NCBI GenBank assembly: GCA_040876265.1
Contig: JBBDPN010000001.1
Location: forward strand, 53,691-117,690
Source: Candidatus Woykebacteria bacterium
GTDB lineage: Bacteria; Patescibacteriota; Microgenomatia; Woykebacterales; RBG-16-39-9b
Direction: 5' to 3'
DNA length: 64,000 nucleotides
Of the stretch, positions 1 to 8,631 are shown one piece after another; position 1 is the first letter of the stretch, and the number at the start of each line of letters is the position of its first letter. The position numbers and the translations under genes are program-made. The notes under the pieces are model-generated. The model made no database searches, was not told the origin of the DNA, and worked only from the letters and a program-made list of their open reading frames with translations.

Positions 1-1
1 T

Positions 2-1513
2 AGCGTTGATAATCTATCAAATGATAATACTTTTGTAGGTAGTTATTACAACAACACCGGTTTTACTTCACTGGCATTCACTAGAAGTGACGCAGACATT
101 GATTTTGATTGGGGGAACGGGTCACCGGGTCCATCGGTAAGTTCCGATACGTTTTCAGTACGTTGGAGCGGTAATTTTGATTTCGAGGGGGCTACTTACA
201 CATTTACCGCTACAACAGACGATGGTATGAGAGTATATGTGGATGGGAACATCATTATTGACCAGTGGCAAGATCAGGGCGCAACGACTTATACTGCTGA
301 TAGAACTCTTACCGCAGGGAAGCATAACGTATTGGTTGAATATTACGAAAATGCTGGCCAAGCAGTAGCTAGGCTGGGATGGTCAATAAAAGGTACTGGC
401 GGTCCCACACCAGCCACTGGTTTCAATCGAGTAAGATGGCAAGGAAATGACTGGTATTTGCACGGAGTAAACTTACCTTGGTACAATTACAGCTGTGACT
501 TTGGTTGCGGCTCAAACGGTGGCGTCACCAATTCCACCGTGAACTCTAGGCTGAACCAGGAGTTTGCCGCCCTGAAAGCAGCCAACACGCATTTTGTGCG
601 TTGGTGGATGTTCCCTGGTAATGACCCATGGCAAATCAGTGAAAGTGGAGGATTGCCGTCAGGTATTAACCAGGCAGTTTACGCTGATATAGATGAAGCG
701 CTCAGGCTTGCCGAGCAGTATGATATCTACTACAACTTCACTTTGTTTGGTAGTCCTAATGCGACTAAAAATTGGACCGGAACTACCTCTGCCCGACAAG
801 CTTTGGCGGATACGTTGAGTGCACTCTTCAAACGCTATGCCAACCATCCCAGAATTGTCATCTGGGAAGTATTCAATGAACCAGAGTGGGCGATTCAGAA
901 TAATGAAATTGCTGCCTCCGAAGTTCAAGATACAGTTAGCCGGATTGCCGACGCTGTTCACGCGAACACTAATGCCTACGTAACGGTAGGTTCTGCACAT
1001 GCAGGTGATCTGGATCTTTGGAAGGGCATTGTGGATATTTACGATGCCCATTTTTATGATTGGATGAGTGGAGATCTTTGTATTGTGTGTAGAACGTACG
1101 ATGATTATAAACAGCAGTTTGGGCTCGACGCGCCGATGCTGGTGGGTGAGCTGTACGTCGATCCGCCTAGTATCGACGCTCTTACTCGATACGAAACTCT
1201 TTATGTCAATGGTTATGCTGGTGCTTGGGGCTGGTCGCTTCTGTCTGATAGAACAAATGACCAATTTGAAGTTGAGAAAGACAAGTTGAAGAGTTTTGCT
1301 GATAACCATACTGATATTGGTCCAAGGTCTGGTGGATCAACACCACCACCAGGTAATGCTGGAGACATCAATGGTGATGGGAGAGTAGATATATTCGACG
1401 CTAGTATTTTAGCCTCCAGATGGGGAACTAATGATCCGGACGCAGACCTAAACGGCAACGGGGTCGTAGATATCTTTGACGCTTCTATCCTTGCCTCGAA
1501 TTGGGGCCAATGA
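2..1513 (+). CDS. PA14 domain + GH5-like (clan GH-A) glycoside hydrolase + C-terminal dockerin; 5'-partial
   Basis: Frame is open from base 2 (..IDFDWGNGSP..FSVRWSG..TTDDGMRVYVDG..VEYYEN = PA14). WEVFNEP acid/base motif and LVGEL putative nucleophile. Duplicated DxNxDGxVDIFD dockerin repeats at the C-terminus. Confidence 0.85.
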   Translation, partial: SVDNLSNDNTFVGSYYNNTGFTSLAFTRSDADIDFDWGNGSPGPSVSSDTFSVRWSGNFDFEGATYTFTATTDDGMRVYVDGNIIIDQWQDQGATTYTADRTLTAGKHNVLVEYYENAGQAVARLGWSIKGTGGPTPATGFNRVRWQGNDWYLHGVNLPWYNYSCDFGCGSNGGVTNSTVNSRLNQEFAALKAANTHFVRWWMFPGNDPWQISESGGLPSGINQAVYADIDEALRLAEQYDIYYNFTLFGSPNATKNWTGTTSARQALADTLSALFKRYANHPRIVIWEVFNEPEWAIQNNEIAASEVQDTVSRIADAVHANTNAYVTVGSAHAGDLDLWKGIVDIYDAHFYDWMSGDLCIVCRTYDDYKQQFGLDAPMLVGELYVDPPSIDALTRYETLYVNGYAGAWGWSLLSDRTNDQFEVEKDKLKSFADNHTDIGPRSGGSTPPPGNAGDINGDGRVDIFDASILASRWGTNDPDADLNGNGVVDIFDASILASNWGQ

Positions 1514-1555
1514 AATTGACAAGATTAGAAATATATAAGAGAATTAAATAAGCAT

Positions 1556-2809
1556 ATGAGGGTTTCAAACCTGTTCAAGACCTACCGAAAAAGTATAAAT
1601 CCACCGTACAGTTATCGTGATATTTTGGTTATTTTCTTCACGCTTTTAATTTTAATTTTAATTCCGCTAACTGCCTATGCGATATTGAAAGTCAGGGGAT
1701 TGCCTGGAGAAGCGGCCTCGCCGGCTAGCATCTCGTTGTCACCCGCTAACCAGACAGTAAACCACAACACCAATTTTACAGTCGAAATTAGAGAAAACAG
1801 CGACACAGAGCTTGTCAACGCAGTTCAAGCCAATCTTACTTATGATGTAGCCAAACTGGATTTTGTTAGTATTGATGCCAGCAGTAGTGCTTTTAACCTC
1901 CAGTTCGAAAATACTGGTGGAAACGGATCGGTGAAAATAGCCCGTTCGAGCACAACAGACCTGACGGGAAATCAACTGGTGGCAAAAGTTACCTTTAAGG
2001 CAAAAGTAGATCCAGCCACAACAGCCATAAACTTTGGGACTGGAACAGCTCTGGTCCGCAGTACCGATCAAGCAAACATACTCTCTGTGTCAAATGGGGG
2101 TACCTACACTATAGTAGATCCGGCACCAACAGTTACCATTACTTCGCCAGCGAACAACCAAATAGTTTCTGGTACTGTGACTGTGGCAGCCACAGCAAGT
2201 GATGATGTAGCGGTGACAAAAGTAGAATTTTTGGTGGATAACGTAATAAAAGCGACGGATACTTCTTCACCTTACAGCTTTAGCTTAAATACTACGAGCC
2301 TGACAAATACTACCCATACGGTTACAGCTAAAGCTTATGATGCAAATAGCTCCAAATCAACTTCAATTACAATTTCAGTGGACAATCAAGCCCCATCCGC
2401 ACCAATTGGTCTATCAGCAACACCAGCCAGCGGTACCCAGATTAACCTGTCTTGGACCACTAGCACTGATAATATTGGTGTAACCGGCTATGACGTTTAC
2501 CGAAACAATGTTAAGATCAAAACAGTGACCGGTACCAGCTATAACGATACTGGGTTAAACGGTGGTACTAGTTACAGCTATTACGTTCGGGCAGTAGATG
2601 GTCAAGGTAACGTCTCTTCAGCTTCAAATACAGCCACTGCGACTACTTTGATAAAGGGTGATGTGAATCAAGACGGCAAGGTAGATATTTTCGACGCCAG
2701 TATTTTAGCGTCAAAGTGGGGCACCAATGATCCAGCGGCTGATCTAAACGGCAACGGTGTAGTAGATATCTTTGACGCCAGTATCTTGGCTTCAAACTGG
2801 GGTGGATAG
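1556..2809 (+). CDS. Membrane-anchored cohesin + Ig-like + FN3 + dockerin protein
   Basis: N-terminal TM helix; cohesin-like (NAVQANLTYD..LDFVSID); Ig-like (PTVTITSP..ASDDVAVTKVEFLVD); FN3 (LSWTTSTDNIGVTGYDVYRN); dockerin nearly identical to that of the upstream gene. Confidence 0.8.
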   Translation: MRVSNLFKTYRKSINPPYSYRDILVIFFTLLILILIPLTAYAILKVRGLPGEAASPASISLSPANQTVNHNTNFTVEIRENSDTELVNAVQANLTYDVAKLDFVSIDASSSAFNLQFENTGGNGSVKIARSSTTDLTGNQLVAKVTFKAKVDPATTAINFGTGTALVRSTDQANILSVSNGGTYTIVDPAPTVTITSPANNQIVSGTVTVAATASDDVAVTKVEFLVDNVIKATDTSSPYSFSLNTTSLTNTTHTVTAKAYDANSSKSTSITISVDNQAPSAPIGLSATPASGTQINLSWTTSTDNIGVTGYDVYRNNVKIKTVTGTSYNDTGLNGGTSYSYYVRAVDGQGNVSSASNTATATTLIKGDVNQDGKVDIFDASILASKWGTNDPAADLNGNGVVDIFDASILASNWGG

Positions 2810-2817
2810 ATAAATTT

Positions 2818-4293
2818 ATGAAGAAAATACTAACTCAAAGTTTAATGGCAGTTTTTATGGCAAGCATATTAGGGGTATATGCTGTGTCACCAGTATACGC
2901 TGCTGCTTCCATGTACGTCTCTCCTTCCAGTAAGACCATTAATGTGGGAGATACGCTTTCTGTAGCTGTTAGAGTCAATTCTGGCACCGTCCAAATCAAC
3001 GCGGTTCAGGCCAATCTCGCCTATTCTGCCGACAAATTAGAGTTTCTTGCTATTGATCTTTCCGGTACCGCCTTTGAACAGCAGTACCAAAATCAAGGCG
3101 GAAGCGGCGTTGTCAAATTGGCTAGGGCGACTACGTCTCCGGTTTCAGGAGACAATCTGGTCGCTATTGTGCGGTTTAAAGCTAAAGCAGCAGGAACAGC
3201 GACCTTCAGTTTTACTTCCGGATCTTCAATAGTTAGAAGTTCAGACAATAAAGAAGAGACTACTACAAAAGCTGGCGGTACCTACACGATAAAGAGTCCC
3301 GGTGGTGACGATGGTGGAGGGGGTGATGCTGGCGGTGATAGTAGTGCGGATACAAGTAAATCCACCACCGGAAGTTCAGGTACCACAAGTTCGACTGGTC
3401 CTAGCAGTGCCTCATCTGGTTCTACTCGCACAGCTAAAAAGGACACAGCCGCGCCGAAGATCTCCGGTATCCGAGTTAGTGGTATCGAACTTGAGAAAGC
3501 GACTATTTCCTGGCTAACAAATGAGAAAGCCACCTCGGTGGTCGAATACGGCAATGTCAAGAAGCTTGGCTTTATCAAGTTTGATACAAAGCTAAAAACT
3601 AGCCACAAAATATCCTTGCCAGCCAATATCCTGGCTCCAGGGACTAGAATTTACTACAAAGTTCGTAGCAAAGATGCAGCTGGCAATATCGCTAGTAGCA
3701 AACTAACCAGTTTCAAAACAAAAGGCTACGCAGTGAAGCTGCGAATTACAAATCTAAACGGAGAACCTCTGGAGGGTGCAACGATCACTTTGGTGCCTGG
3801 TTTTGAGAAAGGAGTTGCCGATAAGAACGGTATAGTTGTATTTACCGACGTTGCGTCAGGCAAGCACTCAGTCAATATTGAAGTAGATGGCCAGGTACTT
3901 TCTAGTACTATTACTGTTGAAGAACCCAAAAAACCAGATCAAATCCAAGACTTTGACGTAAAAGTGGCGGCAGCTACTGCAGATGGTGACGATCTTCTCG
4001 GTATAAACCCGATCATCCTGTACTCACTTATTGGCGTATTCGTGGCGGTGCTAGTTGCTTGGCTCTCAAGGAATTTTATACTTGCCAGAAGATTAGCCAG
4101 AGAAGAATCATTTGGTGGAGAAGATCTAGGTTCTGTTGATCAACCACCCACACAAGATATTGTATCTCCTCCAACCCAAGCTCCACCACAAGCACCACCT
4201 GTGCAGCAGACAGGGGAGCCAAAGCCCCTAATGCCAAGGAACGAACCAAAAATGGACGTGGTGCGCCGCGAAGAAGGAAGTGAGCAGCAGTAG
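2818..4293 (+). CDS. Secreted cohesin + FN3-like + beta-sandwich protein with C-terminal TM anchor
   Basis: Signal peptide (..PVYA); cohesin-like NAVQANLAYSADKLEF; S/G/T-rich linker; ATISWLTNEKATSVVEYG FN3-like; C-terminal TM helix and Pro-rich tail. Confidence 0.75.
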   Translation: MKKILTQSLMAVFMASILGVYAVSPVYAAASMYVSPSSKTINVGDTLSVAVRVNSGTVQINAVQANLAYSADKLEFLAIDLSGTAFEQQYQNQGGSGVVKLARATTSPVSGDNLVAIVRFKAKAAGTATFSFTSGSSIVRSSDNKEETTTKAGGTYTIKSPGGDDGGGGDAGGDSSADTSKSTTGSSGTTSSTGPSSASSGSTRTAKKDTAAPKISGIRVSGIELEKATISWLTNEKATSVVEYGNVKKLGFIKFDTKLKTSHKISLPANILAPGTRIYYKVRSKDAAGNIASSKLTSFKTKGYAVKLRITNLNGEPLEGATITLVPGFEKGVADKNGIVVFTDVASGKHSVNIEVDGQVLSSTITVEEPKKPDQIQDFDVKVAAATADGDDLLGINPIILYSLIGVFVAVLVAWLSRNFILARRLAREESFGGEDLGSVDQPPTQDIVSPPTQAPPQAPPVQQTGEPKPLMPRNEPKMDVVRREEGSEQQ

Positions 4294-4338
4294 TAAATCA
4301 AATAGGATTTTATCAGGAAGACCTGATATAATCTGAAA

Positions 4339-5856
4339 ATGATTGCCGTTCTGGATTTTGGCAGCCAATACACGCATCTGATTGCCAGACGTCTGCGGCA
4401 GCTAGGAGCCAGGGCGGAAATATTTCCACCCCAAACCAATCTTTCCAAAATTGATAATCTATCTGGGCTGATCCTTTCCGGAGGTCCAAGTTCAGTTTAC
4501 GGTCCTGATGCGATCAAAACCCCAAGTACAAATTTGAAAATCAGCAAGCCAATACTTGGTATCTGCTACGGCCATCATTATCTAGCAAAAATTGCCGGAG
4601 GACAGGTTTTGGCTGGAAAAAGCAGAGAGTATGGTCGGGATAACATTGAAATTATAAGCAAAAGCCCTTTGTTCAGCGGTCTAACAAAGAAACAAAGAGT
4701 TTGGCTTTCCCACGGCGACCAAGTTACAAAACTGCCGAAAGGTTACAAGATTGTGGCGAGGTCAAATAACGCTCCAATTTCTGCCTACGAAAATGGCAGG
4801 ATTTTTGGTTTACAATTTCACCCCGAAGTTGCCCACACTGAAAACGGCCCGACAATATTAGAAAATTTCATTAAAATTGCTGGCGTAAACAGAGATTGGC
4901 AAATAGGAAATCAGATTGCTAACTTAGTTAATGAAATTAAAACCGAGGTAGGACAGGAAAAAATACTAATCGCGGTTTCAGGTGGAGTAGACTCCTTGGT
5001 CGCGGCTACTTTATTGAAAAGAACCGTTGGAAACCAAGTATATCCTATTTTTGTTGATAGCGGGTTACTACGTGAAGGAGAAAGGGAAGAGGTTAAACTA
5101 CTCTTTAAGCAATTAAAATTTCGCAATTTTAGGTTTGTAGATGCGGGCAGAATATTTTTAAACAGACTGAAAGGTCTAACAGATCCAGAAAAAAAGCGTA
5201 AAATTATTGGTAAGACGTTCATTGACATTTTCACCAATGAAGCTGAGAAACTTGGAAGAGCCGAAAAAATAAGATTTTTAGCTCAAGGTACTATCTATCC
5301 AGATAGGATCGAATCTGCCGCTCCCTCAAAAGCCGCTTCTAGGATAAAATCTCATCACAACGTTGTTTTGCCAAAGAAAATCCGGTTCAAAATTGTCGAG
5401 CCGCTCAAAGAGTTTTATAAGGATGAGGTTCGTGAATTAGGTGTTGCTTTGGGTTTGCCAAAGGAGAGGCTTTGGCGTCATCCTTTTCCGGGGCCGGGTT
5501 TAGCGATAAGGGTTTTAGGCGAAGTTACTAAAGAAAAACTAGCAATTTTACGAGAGGTGGATGCGATCTTTATTGAGGAGCTCAGACGAGCAAATTTATA
5601 CGATAAAACTTGGCAAGCTATAGCTGCTTTGTTGCCAGTAAAGGCAGTGGGTGTGATGGGTGATGCGCGCACTTACGAATATATTGTAAGTCTGCGGGCG
5701 GTAACCAGTATAGATGGCATGACGGCCGATTGGTTTAAAATACCACCAAAGGTGCTTGAGAGGATTTCAAGTAGAATTGTAAACGAAGTAAAAGGGGTGA
5801 ACCGCGTGGTTTACGACATCACCCAAAAACCTCCAGCTACGATCGAGTACGAATAA
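4339..5856 (+). CDS. guaA: GMP synthase (glutamine-hydrolysing)
   Basis: LDFGSQYT, GICYG, QFHPEV, SGGVDS, HPFPGPGL, C-terminal KPPATIEYE. Confidence 0.98.
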   Translation: MIAVLDFGSQYTHLIARRLRQLGARAEIFPPQTNLSKIDNLSGLILSGGPSSVYGPDAIKTPSTNLKISKPILGICYGHHYLAKIAGGQVLAGKSREYGRDNIEIISKSPLFSGLTKKQRVWLSHGDQVTKLPKGYKIVARSNNAPISAYENGRIFGLQFHPEVAHTENGPTILENFIKIAGVNRDWQIGNQIANLVNEIKTEVGQEKILIAVSGGVDSLVAATLLKRTVGNQVYPIFVDSGLLREGEREEVKLLFKQLKFRNFRFVDAGRIFLNRLKGLTDPEKKRKIIGKTFIDIFTNEAEKLGRAEKIRFLAQGTIYPDRIESAAPSKAASRIKSHHNVVLPKKIRFKIVEPLKEFYKDEVRELGVALGLPKERLWRHPFPGPGLAIRVLGEVTKEKLAILREVDAIFIEELRRANLYDKTWQAIAALLPVKAVGVMGDARTYEYIVSLRAVTSIDGMTADWFKIPPKVLERISSRIVNEVKGVNRVVYDITQKPPATIEYE

Positions 5857-5888
5857 GTAACATTTTCCAATTAGAAAAACGGTATGAG

Positions 5889-5927
5889 GGCGAGTTTGTC
5901 CTTTCGGAAGTCGAGGACAAACTCGCC
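5889..5927. terminator. Perfect 14-bp hairpin between convergent genes
   Basis: ggcgagtttgtcct ... aggacaaactcgcc. Confidence 0.7.
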
Positions 5928-5960
5928 GTTGTTCACTACCCGGACGTTCTTGCTACTCCC

Positions 5961-6263
5961 TTAGGGGTTAGTGAGCACCAGGGAGCAAGGCTTGATTTGG
6001 ACAGACCGGATCGGGATGAGTCCGGCTTCGTTGTAGAAGTTGATCATGTCCCACCCCTCTCTCTCGATGTAGCGCAGCGAGAAGGTGGGAAGCCGGCCGA
6101 CCATGGAGACGACGTCCCCATCCCTCTCTGTGTACCTTAGTAGGCACACGGTGCCCCAAGGGAATGTGACCCACTGGGGCTTGGCAGCCTCCGTACTAGA
6201 AGTCGTGGCGAATGCCCCGGCCAGCACGGCTAGGACGACTACCAACGCTAATGCTATCCTCAC
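5961..6263 (-). CDS. Hypothetical secreted protein (orphan)
   Basis: AAAGGAG SD before a GTG at 6263; signal-peptide-like N-terminus. Confidence 0.55.
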   Translation of the reverse strand: MRIALALVVVLAVLAGAFATTSSTEAAKPQWVTFPWGTVCLLRYTERDGDVVSMVGRLPTFSLRYIEREGWDMINFYNEAGLIPIRSVQIKPCSLVLTNP

Positions 6264-6377
6264 GGTACAACTCCTTTCTGGTGAACAGAATCCGTGGGAG
6301 CGATAGTATATCATACTATGGGTTTTATATTAAGTTTTATCTTTACAATAGTAGAAGGTTTGGCAATAATATCCTCA

Positions 6378-7463
6378 ATGGTAAAGGACTCACCTTATTA
6401 CATTGCTCTTGCTGCGGCGCCTGGGATAGGGCCAGTGCGGTTTCAAGTACTTCTAAAGCATTTCAAATCTGCCGAGACTATTTGGAAAGCAGACGAGAAA
6501 ACCCTGAAGGAAATACTAACCCCGAAACTTTTTGAACAATTTACCGAATTTAGAAAAAGCTTTGATATACAAAGATATTTAGACAAGATTAGCAAACTTA
6601 ACATTATAGTGATAACGCTAAATGATAAAAACTACCCAAAATTGCTCAAGGAAATATCAGATGCTCCACCGGTTTTATATATTAGAGGACAACTCCCAGA
6701 TGAGAAAAGAGTAATTGCGGTTGTCGGGACCCGCAAAATTACAAACTACGGTAGGGAAGTGACCGAGATTTTGGTGCGGGATTTGGTAAATATTGGGTTC
6801 ACAATCGTCTCAGGTCTTGCGAGGGGTGTGGACAGCCACTCTCACAGGGTCACCATCGGTAATAGCGGCAAAACTATTGCAGTTCTTGGTGGTGGATTGG
6901 ACAGGGTGTATCCGGCTGAGAACAGGGCTTTAGCAGATGAAATTGCTAAAGGTAACGGTGCGGTGATAAGCGAGTTTCCAGTTGGTATGGACTCGGTGCC
7001 CGGAAATTTCCCCGCCCGAAATCGAATAATTAGTGGTCTCTCACTTGGAGTTTTGGTTACTGAGGCTGGGGAGGACAGCGGTTCCCTGATCACCGCCGGG
7101 TTAGCCGGCGAACAAGGAAGGGAAGTGTTCGCTGTTGCTGGGCCAATGTATTCGAAGCTGGCAAAGGGACCGGCGGCCCTTATCAAACAAGGAGCGAAAC
7201 TGGTGATGAATATAGAGGACATACTGGAAGAATTACAGATTAGTGGCCAGGAACCAGAGACTAGGGACCAGGAGGGAATCAAAGGAGATTCGGAAGATGA
7301 GCAGAAAATTTTGTATTTGATGGGGGACGAACCGGCGCATATTGACCAAATTGCACGTCATACCAAACTTTCTGCCTCAAAAGCAGGTTCGATCCTTTCC
7401 CTCATGGAGATAAAGGGTAAAATCCGCTCACTTGGCGGCGGCAATTACTCGCTTAACCGTTAG
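6378..7463 (+). CDS. dprA: DNA-processing protein DprA
   Basis: IAVVGTR, IVSGLARGVD, FPARNRIISGLS, SGSLITA, C-terminal winged helix. Start placed at ATG 6378. Confidence 0.96.
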   Translation: MVKDSPYYIALAAAPGIGPVRFQVLLKHFKSAETIWKADEKTLKEILTPKLFEQFTEFRKSFDIQRYLDKISKLNIIVITLNDKNYPKLLKEISDAPPVLYIRGQLPDEKRVIAVVGTRKITNYGREVTEILVRDLVNIGFTIVSGLARGVDSHSHRVTIGNSGKTIAVLGGGLDRVYPAENRALADEIAKGNGAVISEFPVGMDSVPGNFPARNRIISGLSLGVLVTEAGEDSGSLITAGLAGEQGREVFAVAGPMYSKLAKGPAALIKQGAKLVMNIEDILEELQISGQEPETRDQEGIKGDSEDEQKILYLMGDEPAHIDQIARHTKLSASKAGSILSLMEIKGKIRSLGGGNYSLNR

Positions 7464-7518
7464 AGGATATAGCCGACGCAGACAGTGTCCACGTCGGCCT
7501 TATCGATCTCGAATTACT

Positions 7519-7911
7519 CTAGCCGATCTCTTCCACCTTTCCAGCAGCTACTCGTCCATCCTCTTCCGGAGCCGGCATGAGAAAGAGACGGGAAACGCAG
7601 TTCGGAAAAGAGGCTCTCAGCTTTTTCTCGGCGCTTCTCAGAAGATGAACGTGCGATTTCCAATCATTGTCGCGACCTTGGAGCTCATACGCCTTGCAGT
7701 CCAAGTGATCGACAATCCAGATCTCGGATACATCCAAGTGGCCGATCACGAAGCGCAGATATGGGATCGTGCCAACTGCTGAAAGCGAGGCTCCGGGAAC
7801 AGGAAATGGAGGTATATGAGAACTTCCGGTTAGCCCCATTTTCTCCAGGAGTTCTGCTATGGCGTCATTGTACCGTGGGTCAACGCAGCGGATGATTGCT
7901 TTACGGGACAA
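7519..7911 (-). CDS. Small beta-carbonic-anhydrase-like protein
   Basis: CVDPR (CxDxR) and HLDCKAY (HxxC) zinc-ligand motifs. Confidence 0.65.
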   Translation of the reverse strand: MSRKAIIRCVDPRYNDAIAELLEKMGLTGSSHIPPFPVPGASLSAVGTIPYLRFVIGHLDVSEIWIVDHLDCKAYELQGRDNDWKSHVHLLRSAEKKLRASFPNCVSRLFLMPAPEEDGRVAAGKVEEIG

Positions 7912-8076
7912 AGGGATCTCCTTTTCTTCTTGAGTCTTCTCTTCAAGCTAAGCAGTCTAACAGCAAGAAAATATTTGGTCAAGTTGGTTTTGCAACAGGA
8001 AATCTGGTGCTTGTATGTTGACGTACAATCAGCATTGATGGTAATGTTTTGCGGCCCCAACCGGGTAGGAAAGGAT

Positions 8077-8451
8077 GTGAGCTGGAAGATGTGGAGACTG
8101 ACGAAATTCCTTGCTTGGAAAGCAGCCGAGACGCCGCGAACAGAGAGATTTGCCGTGTTTCCGGCGGGTCTTCGGAGTGTAATCCGAGACTATCTTGAAA
8201 TCGCTATCGATCCGGGCAAGCGCATGAACATCCCCGGAACGGGTTACTCTGTACAGGCAGTAGTGGCTGTGGCGGTGCGTCGAGGCTTCAACGTCCAAGA
8301 GATGGCGAGTAATGAGCTAGCAGATCTCCCAAAAAGCAAGATCTGTGCGGCTCTTCGCTTCGCGCTGGACGATCCGCATAACGGAGCGTTTTCTGCAGTC
8401 CGACGCTGGTGGAATAGCATTTGTCCTCCTCTAGCTCAGCGATCGATCTAG
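8077..8451 (+). CDS. Hypothetical protein with DUF433-like C-terminal region
   Basis: IDPGKRMNIPGTGYSVQAV..ICAALRFA resembles DUF433. Start uncertain (ORF is open from 7930). Followed by hairpin 8481-8502 and a T-rich run. Confidence 0.45.
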   Translation: MSWKMWRLTKFLAWKAAETPRTERFAVFPAGLRSVIRDYLEIAIDPGKRMNIPGTGYSVQAVVAVAVRRGFNVQEMASNELADLPKSKICAALRFALDDPHNGAFSAVRRWWNSICPPLAQRSI

Positions 8452-8529
8452 ACCTAGAACTGTGGACAACGAGTAATTGGGACACTCTCGCAAGGGGGTG
8501 TCTTTCTCTGTTTTTGCGCTATCTGCTAC

Positions 8530-8620
8530 TTAGCCCACGAACTCCGATTTGATCGGATGAGGTGGTCGCAGCAGCCGAGGGTACTGAAAAACTTTAGTTT
8601 TGAAGTATTAAGGATGCTAT
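8530..8620 (+). repeat. Dispersed structured repeat, copy A (upstream of topA)
   Basis: tagcccacgaactccgatttgatcgga..gtggtcgcagcagccgag..ggatgctat; similar to the copies at 14348, 33461 and 44388. Confidence 0.85.
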
Positions 8621-8631
8621 AATACTTTTCG

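Noticed and set aside
659-1309. Long antisense ORFs (e.g. 659-1309, 6842-7282, 13025-13543, 62114-62587)
   Set aside because: They lie opposite well-supported genes and have no independent motifs.
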